Sequence record: SRR31156797_381 | DNA length: 64,000 nucleotides | Direction: 5' to 3' (one strand) | Shown here: piece after piece, positions 63,854-64,000 of the stretch | How the letters are laid out: every line of letters starts with the position of its first letter | Position numbering within the stretch: position 1 is the first letter of the stretch | Program-made: the position numbers and the translations under genes | The notes under the pieces: model-generated | Seen by the model: only the letters and a program-made list of their open reading frames with translations | Database searches by the model: none | Told to the model about the DNA's origin: nothing

Positions 63854-64000
63854 TATTTGACCTCCAAACTTTTCAGGTGATTTTCCTGATCCTTTGTAAA
63901 TGTATCATTTACATTCTTTAATAAACTCAACTTGATGCGAACTATATCCTCACCAATCCCTTCTAGAATAGAATATACTCTGTTGTGCAGCACACTATTC
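63850..64000 (-). CDS. Partial ORF (3' end), resembles adenosylhomocysteinase C-terminus
   Basis: ...HNRVYSILEGIGEDIVRIKLSLLKNVNDTFTKDQENHLKSLEVKY*; TGA overlaps the mtaD TTG. Confidence 0.5.
   Translation of the reverse strand, partial: NSVLHNRVYSILEGIGEDIVRIKLSLLKNVNDTFTKDQENHLKSLEVKY

Overview
AT-rich chromosomal segment of a low-GC, probably endospore-forming Clostridia-type Firmicute (inferred from gene content, a SigE-type promoter on a SipL-like gene, and a raiA-motif RNA). Most genes are minus-strand housekeeping genes: rpmF, pyk, udk, pnp, rpsO, rnr, murG, uppP, dnaB, yajC-tgt-queA-ruvBAC, ttcA, rsmA, potABCD, mtaD and tRNA-Leu(CAG). An accessory, sulfur-themed block lies at about 25.3-40.1 kb. 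It holds a DUF39 homocysteine-synthesis gene, a DUF692 oxidase broken by one in-frame TAA, and a MarR-preceded CoA-disulfide reductase/rhodanese gene joined by a -1 frameshift at an A9 tract to a TusA-DsrE module. It also holds a plus-strand island with three tandem membrane-anchored aryl-sulfate sulfotransferases, the third lacking most active-site motifs. Non-coding highlights are a stand-alone raiA-motif ncRNA with its own promoter (46049-46255), an unannotated 23-codon leader peptide/attenuator before a heterodimeric ABC exporter, and a structured rpsO leader. I saw no CRISPR array, transposase, integrase or rRNA. All family calls come from motif recognition by eye; no searches were run.
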